Origin: an uncultured Actinomycetes bacterium | GTDB taxonomy: Bacteria > Actinomycetota > Actinomycetes > Streptosporangiales > Streptosporangiaceae | Length of the DNA: 64,000 nucleotides | Assembly: GCA_963767385.1 (NCBI GenBank) | Contig: CAVYEA010000012.1 | Span: 7,450 to 71,449 of the forward strand | Direction: 5' to 3' | In this document: piece after piece, positions 28,587 to 37,621 of the stretch | Layout: each line of letters begins with the position of its first letter | Position numbering within the stretch: the stretch's first letter is position 1 | The notes under the pieces: generated by a model | What the model was told of the DNA's origin: nothing | Seen by the model: the letters and a program-made list of their open reading frames with translations, nothing else | Databases searched by the model: none | Program-made: the position numbers and the translations under genes

Positions 28587-30437
28587 TTAGGCGGCCAGGC
28601 CGGCGTAGCGGCCGCGGCCGGCCAGGAGGGTGGTGTGCGTGCCGGATTCGATGATGTGGCCGTGGCCGAGGACGGCGATCTGGTCGGCGTTGCGCACGGT
28701 TGACAGCCGGTGCGCGATGGTGATGGTGGTCCGGCCCGCGGCCAGGTGGTCGAACGCGTGCTGGACGGCACGCTCGGTCTCGGTGTCCAGGGCGCTGGTG
28801 GCCTCGTCCAGCACGAGCACGCGGGGATCGCGCAGCAGGGTCCGGGCGATGGCGATGCGCTGCTTCTCGCCGCCGGAGAAACGGTGCCCGCGGGAGCCGA
28901 CCATGGTGTCGTACCCCTCGGGCAGCCCGGCGATCAGGTCGTGGATCTGCGCGGCCCGGGCGGCGTCCTCGATCTCGGCATCGGTGGCGCCGGGCTTGGC
29001 GTAGCGCAGGTTCTCCCGCACCGTGGTGTGCAGGAGGTAGGTCTCCTGGCTCACCACGCCGACGATGGCGGCGAGGTCGGTGAGCCTCATGTCGCGGATG
29101 TCGATGCCGTCGATGCTCACGGTGCCGCGGCCGGGGTCATACAGCCGGGCGATCAGCGCGGCCAGGGTGCTCTTGCCCGAGCCGGTCTCGCCGACCAGGG
29201 CCAGCGTGGTGCCGGCCGGAACGTCCAGGTTGACGCCGGCCAGGGCGGGCCGGTCCGCGCCAGGGTAGGTGAAGCCGACATCCTCGAGCCGGACGTGCCC
29301 TGCCATCCGGGCCGGGTCGATCTCGACCGGGCGGGCGGGGTCGTCCACCTCGACGGGCAGGTCGAGGTATTCGAAGATCCGCGCGAACAGGGCCAGCGAG
29401 CTGATCACGGAGACGCCGGTGTTGAGCAGGCCGGTCAGCGGCCGGAACAGGCTGTTCTGCAGGGTGGTGAAGGCGACCAGGGTGCCGATGGTCATCGCGC
29501 CCGCGGTGACCGGCAGGCCGGCGGCGAGGTAGATGACCGCCGGGATCGCGGCGAAGATGATGCTCATCGAGGCCATCCGCCAGCGCCCGGCCAGCTGGGA
29601 GCGCAGCTCCAGGTCGATCAGCCGGGCCGAGGAGGCCGTGAACCGCCCGACCAGGGACGGCCCGGTGCCCATCGTCTTGGCCAGCTGGACGCCGTTGATC
29701 GACAGGCCTTCCTCGATGGTGACGTTGAGGTCGGCCAGTTCACGCTGCTGCTGGGTGGTGATGGCCCGGCGCATCCGGGCGACCTTGCGGCTCAGGTAGA
29801 CCGCGGGCGGCATGACGACCAGCGAGATCAGGGAGAGCTTCCAGGACAGGGCGACCATGGCCACCGCGGTGGCGACCGCGGTCGTGAGGTTGGCCGCGAT
29901 GGAGGTCGCAGTCGAGGTCACCACCGATTCCATGCCGCCGATGTCGTTGGTGATGCGGGACTGCACCTCGCCGGTGCGGGTCCGGGTGAAGAAGGCGACC
30001 GACTGCCGCTGCAGATGGCCGAAGACGCTGGTGCGCAGCCCGTGCATGACCTGCTGGCCGACCTTGGTGCTGATCCAGGTCTGGATCACCCCGAAGGCGG
30101 CGGTGACGGCCGCGATGCCGATCATCCCGGCGACCAGCAGGATCAGCAGCCGCAGGTTCCGGTCCGGGAGGGCGGTGTCGATCACGGCGCGGAGCAGGAA
30201 CGGCGAGGCCACTCCGACGATGGAGGAGGCGACGATGATGGCGGTGACGATCACCATCTGCCAGGTGTAAGGGGCGAACAGCCGCCCGATGCGGCGCAGC
30301 GACACCTCACGTGCCTGCGCTTTCTCCGCGGCCGTGGCCGTTCTCGTGCCGCGGGGCCGGCCCGTGTGACCGATCTGCGGATTCGTGTCCGTCTGCCGGT
30401 TCGTATCTGCCTGTCGGTTCGTGTCTGGTGCCGCCAA
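28587..30437 (-). CDS. ABC exporter, fused permease/ATPase (MsbA/multidrug type)
   Basis: 616 aa; six-TM N-terminal half; Walker A GETGSGKST, signature FSGGEKQRIAIAR, Walker B LVLDEATSALD; exact start uncertain. Confidence 0.9.
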   Translation of the reverse strand: MAAPDTNRQADTNRQTDTNPQIGHTGRPRGTRTATAAEKAQAREVSLRRIGRLFAPYTWQMVIVTAIIVASSIVGVASPFLLRAVIDTALPDRNLRLLILLVAGMIGIAAVTAAFGVIQTWISTKVGQQVMHGLRTSVFGHLQRQSVAFFTRTRTGEVQSRITNDIGGMESVVTSTATSIAANLTTAVATAVAMVALSWKLSLISLVVMPPAVYLSRKVARMRRAITTQQQRELADLNVTIEEGLSINGVQLAKTMGTGPSLVGRFTASSARLIDLELRSQLAGRWRMASMSIIFAAIPAVIYLAAGLPVTAGAMTIGTLVAFTTLQNSLFRPLTGLLNTGVSVISSLALFARIFEYLDLPVEVDDPARPVEIDPARMAGHVRLEDVGFTYPGADRPALAGVNLDVPAGTTLALVGETGSGKSTLAALIARLYDPGRGTVSIDGIDIRDMRLTDLAAIVGVVSQETYLLHTTVRENLRYAKPGATDAEIEDAARAAQIHDLIAGLPEGYDTMVGSRGHRFSGGEKQRIAIARTLLRDPRVLVLDEATSALDTETERAVQHAFDHLAAGRTTITIAHRLSTVRNADQIAVLGHGHIIESGTHTTLLAGRGRYAGLAA

Positions 30438-30497
30438 GTGCTTGCTCGATTCTGCCGGGGGAGGCTCACGCGCCAGGCGGAGCCCGGGACTGGATGG

Positions 30498-30538
30498 TTA
30501 CTGAGGCACGGACTTACTGAGGTTACCTCAATATGAGG
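30498..30538. promoter_or_regulatory. MarR operator/promoter candidate
   Basis: AT-rich divergent intergenic region; direct repeats TTACTGAGG (30498-30506, 30514-30522) and palindrome CCTCA-ATA-TGAGG (30526-30538). Confidence 0.4.
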
Positions 30539-30569
30539 CTACAACAGTAATCGCTGATACGCTATTCCG

Positions 30570-31016
30570 GTGACCAGGGGAAGCGAGACGGCTGGCCGTG
30601 CCGAGGCCGGCGGTGACGAGACGCTGGCGGACGCCTTCCGGTCCGTCGCACGCCGGCTGCGCGAGACATCCCAGGAGACCCTGGCCCCCTGGGACATCAC
30701 CCCGTCCCACTTCCGGGCGCTGCGGGTGCTGCACCATCACGAGGCCATGCGCCTGTCTGACCTGTCAGAGCGCCTGCATATCGCGCCACGCTCGGCCACC
30801 GAGGTCGTCGACGCCCTCGAATCCCGGGGCCTGGTCGAGCGCCGCACCGATCCCGCCGACCGGCGGGCCACCCTGGTCGGGCTGACCCGGCACGGCCATG
30901 ACATCCTCGACGCGATCGGCGCGGCGCGCGGAACCGAGGCGGAGCGGTTCTTCGGCCGGCTCAGCCAGGCCGACCGCGCCCACCTGGCCCGCATTCTCCG
31001 CAAGCTCCAGAACTGA
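30570..31016 (+). CDS. MarR-family transcriptional regulator
   Basis: 148 aa, GTG start; ..ITPSHFRALRVLHHHEAMRLSDLSERLHIAPRSATEVVDALESRGLVERRTDPADRR. Confidence 0.9.
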   Translation: MTRGSETAGRAEAGGDETLADAFRSVARRLRETSQETLAPWDITPSHFRALRVLHHHEAMRLSDLSERLHIAPRSATEVVDALESRGLVERRTDPADRRATLVGLTRHGHDILDAIGAARGTEAERFFGRLSQADRAHLARILRKLQN

Positions 31017-31067
31017 CCGATGTGGCCGGGCCCGGCCGGAGATCGGCATGGCATGGCACCCGGCCGG

Positions 31068-31439
31068 TCAGCGCGTGGGCGCTGCGCGGACCAGCTGGAC
31101 TTCGATTACCTCCGTCTGCGCGATCACCCTCTCCCGCTCGCCGCCGAGCGCCAGCCGGCGCTCATCGGTCATGTAGGCATCCAGCGCCTGCGCCGAGGGG
31201 AACTCCAGAAGCTGGATCTCCAGTGGCTGCCCGCCCGCGCCGGCGCCCCTGGCCCGCTGCAGGACCTGGCCACCGTGGCCGGGAACGAAGCCCAGGACCT
31301 CATCCTCGTAAGCGATCAGGTCATCCTCGGCCCCGGGCCGTGCCCACAGCAGGACGCACAACGTCAGGCTCACCGCGCTGACGTCCGTGACAGTGATTTC
31401 CGCATTCCAGCAGAATGCCCGAACGGGAGGCTCAGGCAC
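31068..31439 (-). CDS. hypothetical small protein (possibly dimeric alpha/beta-barrel type)
   Basis: 123-aa ORF with normal composition; family not recognised with confidence; start uncertain. Confidence 0.4.
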   Translation of the reverse strand: MPEPPVRAFCWNAEITVTDVSAVSLTLCVLLWARPGAEDDLIAYEDEVLGFVPGHGGQVLQRARGAGAGGQPLEIQLLEFPSAQALDAYMTDERRLALGGERERVIAQTEVIEVQLVRAAPTR

Positions 31440-31709
31440 TGGTCATCGAGGGGGTGATGGTGAACTGGAGTGGTCCGCCAGGAACCGGCGGCGAGGTCGG
31501 GTAGCCGTAGGAGGACGTCAGCCCGCCCGCGTCGGTGAGCTGGAACGCAATCGTGTACGTGCCGGGCGGCAGTCCGCCTGGACCTCGTTCGCGGGCACGA
31601 CAGAGATCCTGGCGCCCGCTGAAGTCACCGCCATGGCACCATCGTCGCAGCAGCAGCCCCGCCCCGAAGATCTCCGGGCTGAACCCGGCAAGCTCCGTAT
31701 GGTAGCGGC

Positions 31710-32093
31710 ATGGCGCACTACACCCGGCTGTCCAAGATCGTGATTGACGTCCCGCCCGCCGATCATGACCGTGAGCTAGCGTTCTGGAGCGCGGCCACCG
31801 GGCAGCCGCTGGCCCAGTTCGAGCGCCACCCCGAGTATCACGGAGCCCAGTTGCACGGCCAGGAGTTCTGGCTGCTTGTCCAGCGGCTGGAAGCGGGGCA
31901 CGGCCGGGTGCATATCGACATTCACACCGACGACCTGGCGGCCGAGGTGGCCCGGCTGGAGGGGCTCGGTGCCCGGCGGGTACAGCAGGCACACTCCTGG
32001 CAGGTGATGCGTGACCCGGCCGGGCTGCTGTTCTGCGTCATCCCCGAGCCGCGTGGCTCGCTCAACGACAGCAACGCGCAACGCTGGGACTGA
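31710..32093 (+). CDS. VOC (glyoxalase/bleomycin-resistance fold) family protein
   Basis: 127 aa; LSKIVIDVP..ELAFWSAATG..HIDIHTDDLAAEVARLEGLGA..MRDPAGLLFCVI. Confidence 0.75.
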   Translation: MAHYTRLSKIVIDVPPADHDRELAFWSAATGQPLAQFERHPEYHGAQLHGQEFWLLVQRLEAGHGRVHIDIHTDDLAAEVARLEGLGARRVQQAHSWQVMRDPAGLLFCVIPEPRGSLNDSNAQRWD

Positions 32094-32260
32094 CGCGGGC
32101 CTGGCCCCTGCCTCGCCTACGACAGGACCCGGCCGTTACCGGCATCGAACCTGGTCAGCATGCCGGCAGTGGAACGCCGGAGCCCAGGCCAAGGGCGGGC
32201 CGGCGCACCGGGCAGGAGGGCGGTTCCTGCGCGGGCGCGGTGGTGCGGCAGGCTTGCCTC

Positions 32261-32770
32261 ATGAGTGTGCCGTTCCCTGCGCCGACAACTCCGGTGTCAA
32301 CGCGCGCCGAGGTCTTCCTCGGGTACCTCGACTACTTCCGCTCCCGGCTGGTGAGCAAGCTGGAAGCCCTGCCGGGCGGTGAGTCGCGCCGCAGCCGGCT
32401 GCCGTCAGGCTGGACGCCGGCCGAGTTGCTCAAGCACCTGACGTTCGTGGAAATGCGCTGGCTGGAGTGGGGGTTCGAAGGCCGCACTGTCGCCGACCCC
32501 TGGGGCGACCGCCAGGATGGCCGCTGGCACGTCGCGGCGGACGAGACGCCCGGTGAGCTGGTCGCGGCGCTGCACGTGCAGGCCGCACGAACCAGGGCCA
32601 TCGTCGAGTCGCATGACCTGGCCGACCTCGGCCAGCCCGGCGAGCGGTGGGACGGAGCCGATCCGCCACCGCTCGAGCGGATCTTGTTCCACCTGCTCCA
32701 GGAATACGCCCGGCACGTCGGCCATCTCGACATCGTCAGCGAGCTCGCCGGCGGCGAGACCGGAGAGTAG
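32261..32770 (+). CDS. DinB-family (DUF664/mycothiol-transferase-like) protein
   Basis: ORF 32240.., start ATG 32261; GWTPAELLKHLTFVEMRWLEWGF and HLLQEYARHVGHLDIV signatures. Confidence 0.8.
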   Translation: MSVPFPAPTTPVSTRAEVFLGYLDYFRSRLVSKLEALPGGESRRSRLPSGWTPAELLKHLTFVEMRWLEWGFEGRTVADPWGDRQDGRWHVAADETPGELVAALHVQAARTRAIVESHDLADLGQPGERWDGADPPPLERILFHLLQEYARHVGHLDIVSELAGGETGE

Positions 32771-32821
32771 CGGAAGGCGTGCCGCCCCCGGCTGCGGAGG
32801 CGCAGCCGCCACGATCAGCCC

Positions 32822-33376
32822 TTACCGGAGTCCGCGGATCGCCAGGTCCAGCACCCGCCGCGCTCGCTGGTCGCCAGCCTCGCCCGGCCCGGCCCTCCAC
32901 AGGAAGCCCATCAGGAGCAGGACATCGGCGGGCTCAAGCCCGGGGCGGACGTCACCGGTTCTCTCGCAGGCCCGGAGCAGGACGCCGATGGCCGCGGTGA
33001 CCGGCGCGTAGGTCTCGCTGATCACGTCTTGCGCCGCGGCCGTCTGGAGCGCCTCGCCAAGGCCGTGCTTGACCCGCACCAAGTCAGCCAGCCGCAGGAA
33101 CCATGCGCGGAGCGCTTCCAGCGGCGGGTACTCGTCCAGGTTGCCGCGGACTGCTTCCACCAGTGACTGGACTTCCTGCCGGTACACGGCCAGGAGGAGG
33201 TCCTCCCGCGTCGGGAAATGGCGGTAGAGCGTGCCCGCGCCCACGCTGGCGCGCTTGGCGATCACGTTGAGCGAGACCGCCGGGTCATCGGCGAACGCCG
33301 CGTAAGCGACCGACAGGATCCGCTCGCGGTTGCGCAGCGCGTCGGCGCGCATGGCAACGGCCTGGTGCTCGGCCAC
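32822..33376 (-). CDS. TetR-family transcriptional regulator
   Basis: 184 aa; ..ILSVAYAAFADDPAVSLNVIAKRASVGAGTLYRHFPTREDLL. Confidence 0.9.
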   Translation of the reverse strand: MAEHQAVAMRADALRNRERILSVAYAAFADDPAVSLNVIAKRASVGAGTLYRHFPTREDLLLAVYRQEVQSLVEAVRGNLDEYPPLEALRAWFLRLADLVRVKHGLGEALQTAAAQDVISETYAPVTAAIGVLLRACERTGDVRPGLEPADVLLLMGFLWRAGPGEAGDQRARRVLDLAIRGLR

Positions 33377-33397
33377 GGCCCTCCTCGCGAATCACAT

Positions 33398-33448
33398 CCG
33401 TCAGCGGGCTTGCCCGCTGACGGCCCTCGCACCGGAGAACTCTCCGGT
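33398..33448. promoter_or_regulatory. two perfect palindromes; TetR operator candidates
   Basis: CCGTCAGCGGGC-TT-GCCCGCTGACGG (33398-33423) and ACCGGAGA-AC-TCTCCGGT (33431-33448) between the divergent TetR and membrane-protein genes. Confidence 0.5.
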
Positions 33449-33564
33449 ACGGCCCCCAGCGTAGGAGACTTCATGGACTGCCGCCAGCCGCAGGGCCGCG
33501 GCCGGAGTTATCGTCGTCAGCGGCAGGCGACGCCGGGTTGCCTTTCGCGCGGGGATGTACGGCC

Positions 33565-34140
33565 ATGAGTGTTAGTGACGACACGTTGCGCCAGATGACG
33601 CGGGAAGAGCGGGCCGCCCTGTGCCGTCGCCTGGCCGCGATCGACAGCGATCTCCCGTCGCTGAGCGCGGGAGCCGAGCGGCGCAGGCGATTCGTGGTCG
33701 TGCTGACTGTCGCCTCGGTCGGCCTGGTTCCGTGGATCGTGCTGCTGGCGTTCACCCTGCCGCACCGCTATGTCGCGGGCCATTGGACGCTGACCTGGGT
33801 CGGCTTCGACATCGTGCTGCTGAGCGGCCTTTCCCTGACGGCGTGGCTGGCGTGGCGCCGCCGGCAGGCGGTCATCATCGCGGCTATCACGACCGGGACG
33901 CTACTGACCTGCGATGCGTGGTTTGACATCACGACCGCGTCAGGGCGCGCCGACACCATCACCGCGATCGCGTCGGCCCTGGTTCTTGAGCTGCCCCTGG
34001 CTGGGCTGCTTTTCGCCGTGGCATACCATCTCCTGCGCGCCACCGTGCGCCGGGCGCAGTCCGCGGACGGCGTCCTTGATGCGCCATCCGGGCTGCTCAA
34101 GGTGCCGCTGTTCGGGATGCCTCATAAGGCGGCGAGGTGA
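33565..34140 (+). CDS. hypothetical integral membrane protein
   Basis: ORF 33538.., ATG 33565; four hydrophobic helices; divergent from TetR. Confidence 0.55.
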   Translation: MSVSDDTLRQMTREERAALCRRLAAIDSDLPSLSAGAERRRRFVVVLTVASVGLVPWIVLLAFTLPHRYVAGHWTLTWVGFDIVLLSGLSLTAWLAWRRRQAVIIAAITTGTLLTCDAWFDITTASGRADTITAIASALVLELPLAGLLFAVAYHLLRATVRRAQSADGVLDAPSGLLKVPLFGMPHKAAR

Positions 34141-34169
34141 GGCCGCTGACCCGGGATCAGCGCGCGACG

Positions 34170-35543
34170 CTAAGGCGCCAGCACTGCGGCGAAGATCTCC
34201 GAGTCCGGGTTCTTCCCCTTGCCGACCGCGCTTCCCCAGCTCAGCATGACCCGCTGGCCGCCGCCAGTCCCTCCGCCCAGGCGCGCGCCCGGGTCGGGGG
34301 GGAAGGTTGAGATGCCGAACGTGTCCCCGGGCCAGACCTTCCGGTTCCCGAACCGGGCCGAGACCCGGACCGGCGCAGACAGCCAGCCCCGCCTGATCGA
34401 GAACGCCCGGAAGTACTGCGCGTAGCCCCGGGCTGAATTGTCGGCCAGCCAGCCGACGTAGGCCATGCCGGGCTGGCCGCCGGCTACCTGCACGATGTGC
34501 GTGGCATTGCCGGCGTCGGGAGTCACCCGGCGCAGGCCGGACCAGGTCCGGCCGTGGTCGGTGGAATAGGACAGCCAGCCGATGTCCCGCCCGGGTCCCT
34601 GCGTGTCCCAGGTGGCGTAGAGGTTGCCCGCCGCGTCCATCCCGATAGCGCCGTCGATCCACCACTCCGCCAGCGACATCGTCAGCCTGGCCGGCCCGAG
34701 CCGCACCGGCGTGGACCAGGTCTTCCCGCCATCCGGTGAGGACGTGAAATAGCTGTGCGCCGGGGTCATCGTGTACTTCGTCTTGCTGGTGATGTGGTAG
34801 CCCTGGTAAAGCACGTCAATCCGGCCGCTGGGCTCGACCACGAGCGGCGCGCTGTCACCCCCGCTGGCCGGGAAGCCGGGGCTGACATGAACGATCGGCC
34901 ACCAGGTCTTCCCGCCGTCGGACGACTTCTGGATCACGACGTTGAGGTCCCCGGTGGCGAACGCGCAGCTGCCGCCCTTAGTGCAGATATAGGTGACGGC
35001 CTTGGCGCTCGGCCCGTAGTCCCAGGTGAGGTAGACAGACCCGTCCGGGCCGACCGCGATGAAGTCGCGGTCCCCCCAGTTATTCTTCTTCCGGGGTACG
35101 AGGGAAGTCACCTGGGGGAAGGTCTGCCCGTCATCGAAGGAGGCCTCCACCACCGGGAACGCGTGGTCCTTGGTGGAATTCATGAAGGCGGCATACACGG
35201 TGCCGTCCGGCGCGACGGTGACGGCCGGATCCCAGGCACCTGCTGACCGCGCGAGCACGACCGGCTTGCTGAACCGCAATCCCCCGTCCGTGGACCGGGC
35301 GAACCCAATGCTGTTGTGGCAGCCCATCCACTCCTCGTACACGTACCCGTTCGCGGGATCGATGGCCTGCTCGACCTCAGCGTTCTGGCCCGCGCATCCC
35401 CGGCTCACCTGAGTGATCGGGCTGATGGCAGGCCCCGGCGCGGGCCGGGTGGCCGCGGCCGCCGCGGAGACCAGCCCGATCAGGAGCCCTGCCGCCGCCA
35501 GCCCGGCCGCCGGAATGCCCCCTGCCAGCAACGTGCGCCTCAT
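34170..35543 (-). CDS. secreted BNR/Asp-box repeat protein (sialidase-like beta-propeller)
   Basis: 457 aa; signal peptide; Asp-boxes SSDGGKTW, SPDGGKTW, STDHGRTW, STDGGLRF. Confidence 0.85.
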   Translation of the reverse strand: MRRTLLAGGIPAAGLAAAGLLIGLVSAAAAATRPAPGPAISPITQVSRGCAGQNAEVEQAIDPANGYVYEEWMGCHNSIGFARSTDGGLRFSKPVVLARSAGAWDPAVTVAPDGTVYAAFMNSTKDHAFPVVEASFDDGQTFPQVTSLVPRKKNNWGDRDFIAVGPDGSVYLTWDYGPSAKAVTYICTKGGSCAFATGDLNVVIQKSSDGGKTWWPIVHVSPGFPASGGDSAPLVVEPSGRIDVLYQGYHITSKTKYTMTPAHSYFTSSPDGGKTWSTPVRLGPARLTMSLAEWWIDGAIGMDAAGNLYATWDTQGPGRDIGWLSYSTDHGRTWSGLRRVTPDAGNATHIVQVAGGQPGMAYVGWLADNSARGYAQYFRAFSIRRGWLSAPVRVSARFGNRKVWPGDTFGISTFPPDPGARLGGGTGGGQRVMLSWGSAVGKGKNPDSEIFAAVLAP

Positions 35544-35796
35544 GCCAGTGCCTCCCTGACGCCCTGGGGACCGGCCCGTCGATTCCCGGACCGCGGCCGC
35601 CAGCTCCAGCGGGGACGCTACGCCATCGCCCGGGCAGGCGCCAGGGTGCTTGCCCGGGACCGGGCCCGCTCCGGAGCCGGCCGCACACCGGTGCCCTGGG
35701 CGGCCCGGCGCCCCCGGCCGCCCCAGCTCACGAGCGCCCGGGTCAGCGTGCGGCTTCCCAGTTGACGGAGTTCACACAGCCCGACGCCGCCGGCCA

Positions 35797-35956
35797 GCGG
35801 CTCCCCGCTGGCGCTGCCGGGATCCGGCTCGCCGGTCCTGATGACGAGGTAGGCGGCGGAGTAGTCCGGGCTGGGATTCATCGCGTCGGACCCGTCCAGC
35901 CGCATCGATGTCGGGAAGCGGACGTCGTAGGTGTCGAAGCGGACGACCCGGCTCAT
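35797..35956 (-). pseudogene. L-fuconate dehydratase (enolase superfamily), N-terminal remnant only
   Basis: [41 protein letters not shown] matches the conserved FucD N-terminus; similarity stops after about 50 aa and the frame ends upstream of the BNR gene. Confidence 0.6.
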
Positions 35957-35999
35957 ACAGCCCTCTCCTTAGGAGGCGTCGCGATGCCCGGGTGGCTCT

Positions 36000-37298
36000 T
36001 CACCGTTCCGGCTCCAGGAACAGCTCGATGACGGGAACGGCGACATCGGGCTGGCGCACCGGCAGGGTGAGGGTGAGCACGTCGGTGCCCAGCCCGCTCA
36101 TCGTGGTGTTCTGCGCCTGCCGGTCCGGATCGACGACCTCGGCGGGGATTTCGGATCCGTCATGGAGGAACTGCGCGAACCGGACTCGTCCCGCCAGGCC
36201 GGGCAGGTGGACGTGCCGGAAGGGCCAGGCGAACAGGTGCAGGTACAAGCGGTCGCCGCGCTGGGTGTAGCGGGCGTCGGGGGGCGGGGCATACCGGGCC
36301 GGCCCCGCTCCGTAAACCGACCGGGCGTGCCGGCCCATCCAGGCGCCGATGGCCTGCAGCGCGCCCACCGCCCGCGGCCCGAATTCCCCGCGCCCGGTCG
36401 GGCCCACGTTGAGCAGCAGGTTGCCGTCCTTCGACACCCCGTCCACCAGCATCCGGATCAGCTGGTCCGGGGTCTTCCAGTCGAGGTTGTCGCGGTCATA
36501 GCCCCAGCTGCCGTTGAGGGTCTGGCAGGCTTCCCACAGCCGCCCGTCACCAGACAGCGCGCTGGCCGGCTGGTACTGCTCGGGGGTCAGCACGTCACCC
36601 TCGAGCTCAAGGTCGAGGCGGTCATTCACCACCACATCCGGCTGCAGGGACCGGACCAGGGCCAGCAGTTCCGCCGAACGCCAGTCATCCCGGCCTTTCC
36701 CGCCCCAGGTCCGGCCGGGATAGGAGAAGTCGAAGAACAGGTAGTCCACCGGCCCGTAGCCGGTCAGCAACTCGCGCACCTGGCCGTGCAGGTAATCCGC
36801 ATAGCGGCTAATGTCACGGTCCTTGGCAGCCGCCTTGGCCTGCTCATCGTCACGCTGCGGGTGCAGGCCGTCGATCGGGAAATCAGGGTGGTGCCAGTCC
36901 AGCAATGAGTAGTAGAAACCGATCTTCATGCCCTCGGCCCGGAACGCCTCGACCCACGGCCGTACCAGATCCCGCCCGGCCGGGGTGTTGGCCGCCTGGT
37001 AATCGGTCAGCGCCGATTCCCAGAGGCAGAAGCCTTCGTGATGCTTGGTGGTCAGGACCGCGTAGCGCATGCCCGCCTGCCTGGCCAGCCGGGCCCAACG
37101 GCGCGGATCGTACAGGTCGGGATCGAAGTGCTCGAAGTAACGCTGATAGGCAGCGTCCGGCAAACACTCGCGCTGCTTCACCCACTCGTGACGGGCTGCG
37201 ACGGAATATAGCCCCCAGTGAACGAACAAGCCGAAACGAGCCTCGCGCATCCACTGCAGGCGTTCGTTGCGGCCGTTGTGCTCCTGGTGCTGGGACAC
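36000..37298 (-). CDS. alpha-L-fucosidase (GH29)
   Basis: 432 aa; ARFGLFVHWGLYS, TTKHHEGFCLW, YYSLLDWHHPD. Confidence 0.9.
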   Translation of the reverse strand: MSQHQEHNGRNERLQWMREARFGLFVHWGLYSVAARHEWVKQRECLPDAAYQRYFEHFDPDLYDPRRWARLARQAGMRYAVLTTKHHEGFCLWESALTDYQAANTPAGRDLVRPWVEAFRAEGMKIGFYYSLLDWHHPDFPIDGLHPQRDDEQAKAAAKDRDISRYADYLHGQVRELLTGYGPVDYLFFDFSYPGRTWGGKGRDDWRSAELLALVRSLQPDVVVNDRLDLELEGDVLTPEQYQPASALSGDGRLWEACQTLNGSWGYDRDNLDWKTPDQLIRMLVDGVSKDGNLLLNVGPTGRGEFGPRAVGALQAIGAWMGRHARSVYGAGPARYAPPPDARYTQRGDRLYLHLFAWPFRHVHLPGLAGRVRFAQFLHDGSEIPAEVVDPDRQAQNTTMSGLGTDVLTLTLPVRQPDVAVPVIELFLEPER

Positions 37299-37351
37299 GA
37301 CACACTCCCAAAGTCATCCGATGTAACTCGCCAAGACATCGGATGCCATGA

Positions 37352-37579
37352 ACGATAACGACGGATGGATACCTGTGCTCACTGCTGGAGACGCTGTCCG
37401 GGCCGACGACTCGCGCCCGGATCTGGCGTGGCCTGACCCAGGCGGGGACCAAGGAACGGACCCTGGCCGAGCACCGGGCGATCCTGGATGCCCTGGCCTC
37501 GCACGACCCTGAGGTGGCCCGTTCCTGGGCCACCGTGCATATCGCCGGCGTCGAGCAGTGGCTCGCGTCCGTGCCGTGA
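37352..37579 (+). pseudogene. GntR/FadR-type regulator, C-terminal (FCD domain) remnant only
   Basis: ..LLETLSGPTTRARIWRGLTQAGTKERTLAEHRAILDALASHDPEVARSWATVHIAGVEQWL..*; no HTH part, frame opens right after a TGA at 37349-37351. Confidence 0.55.
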
Positions 37580-37621
37580 CCGGCTGGGCGGCGCCGGCCA
37601 GCACCCGCCCAGCGCCGGGGC

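Noticed and set aside
28710-30536. 608-aa plus-strand ORF antisense to the ABC exporter
   Set aside because: It is a shadow ORF. The minus-strand frame has Walker A, Walker B and signature motifs.
31432-31992. 186-aa minus-strand ORF; only its last ~45 aa (..PPGTYTIAFQLTDAGGLTSSYGYPTSPPVPGGPLQFTITP..) look protein-like
   Set aside because: Most of the ORF is Arg/Pro-rich and overlaps the VOC gene on the other strand. The tail may be a remnant of a secreted protein, but I cannot support a call.
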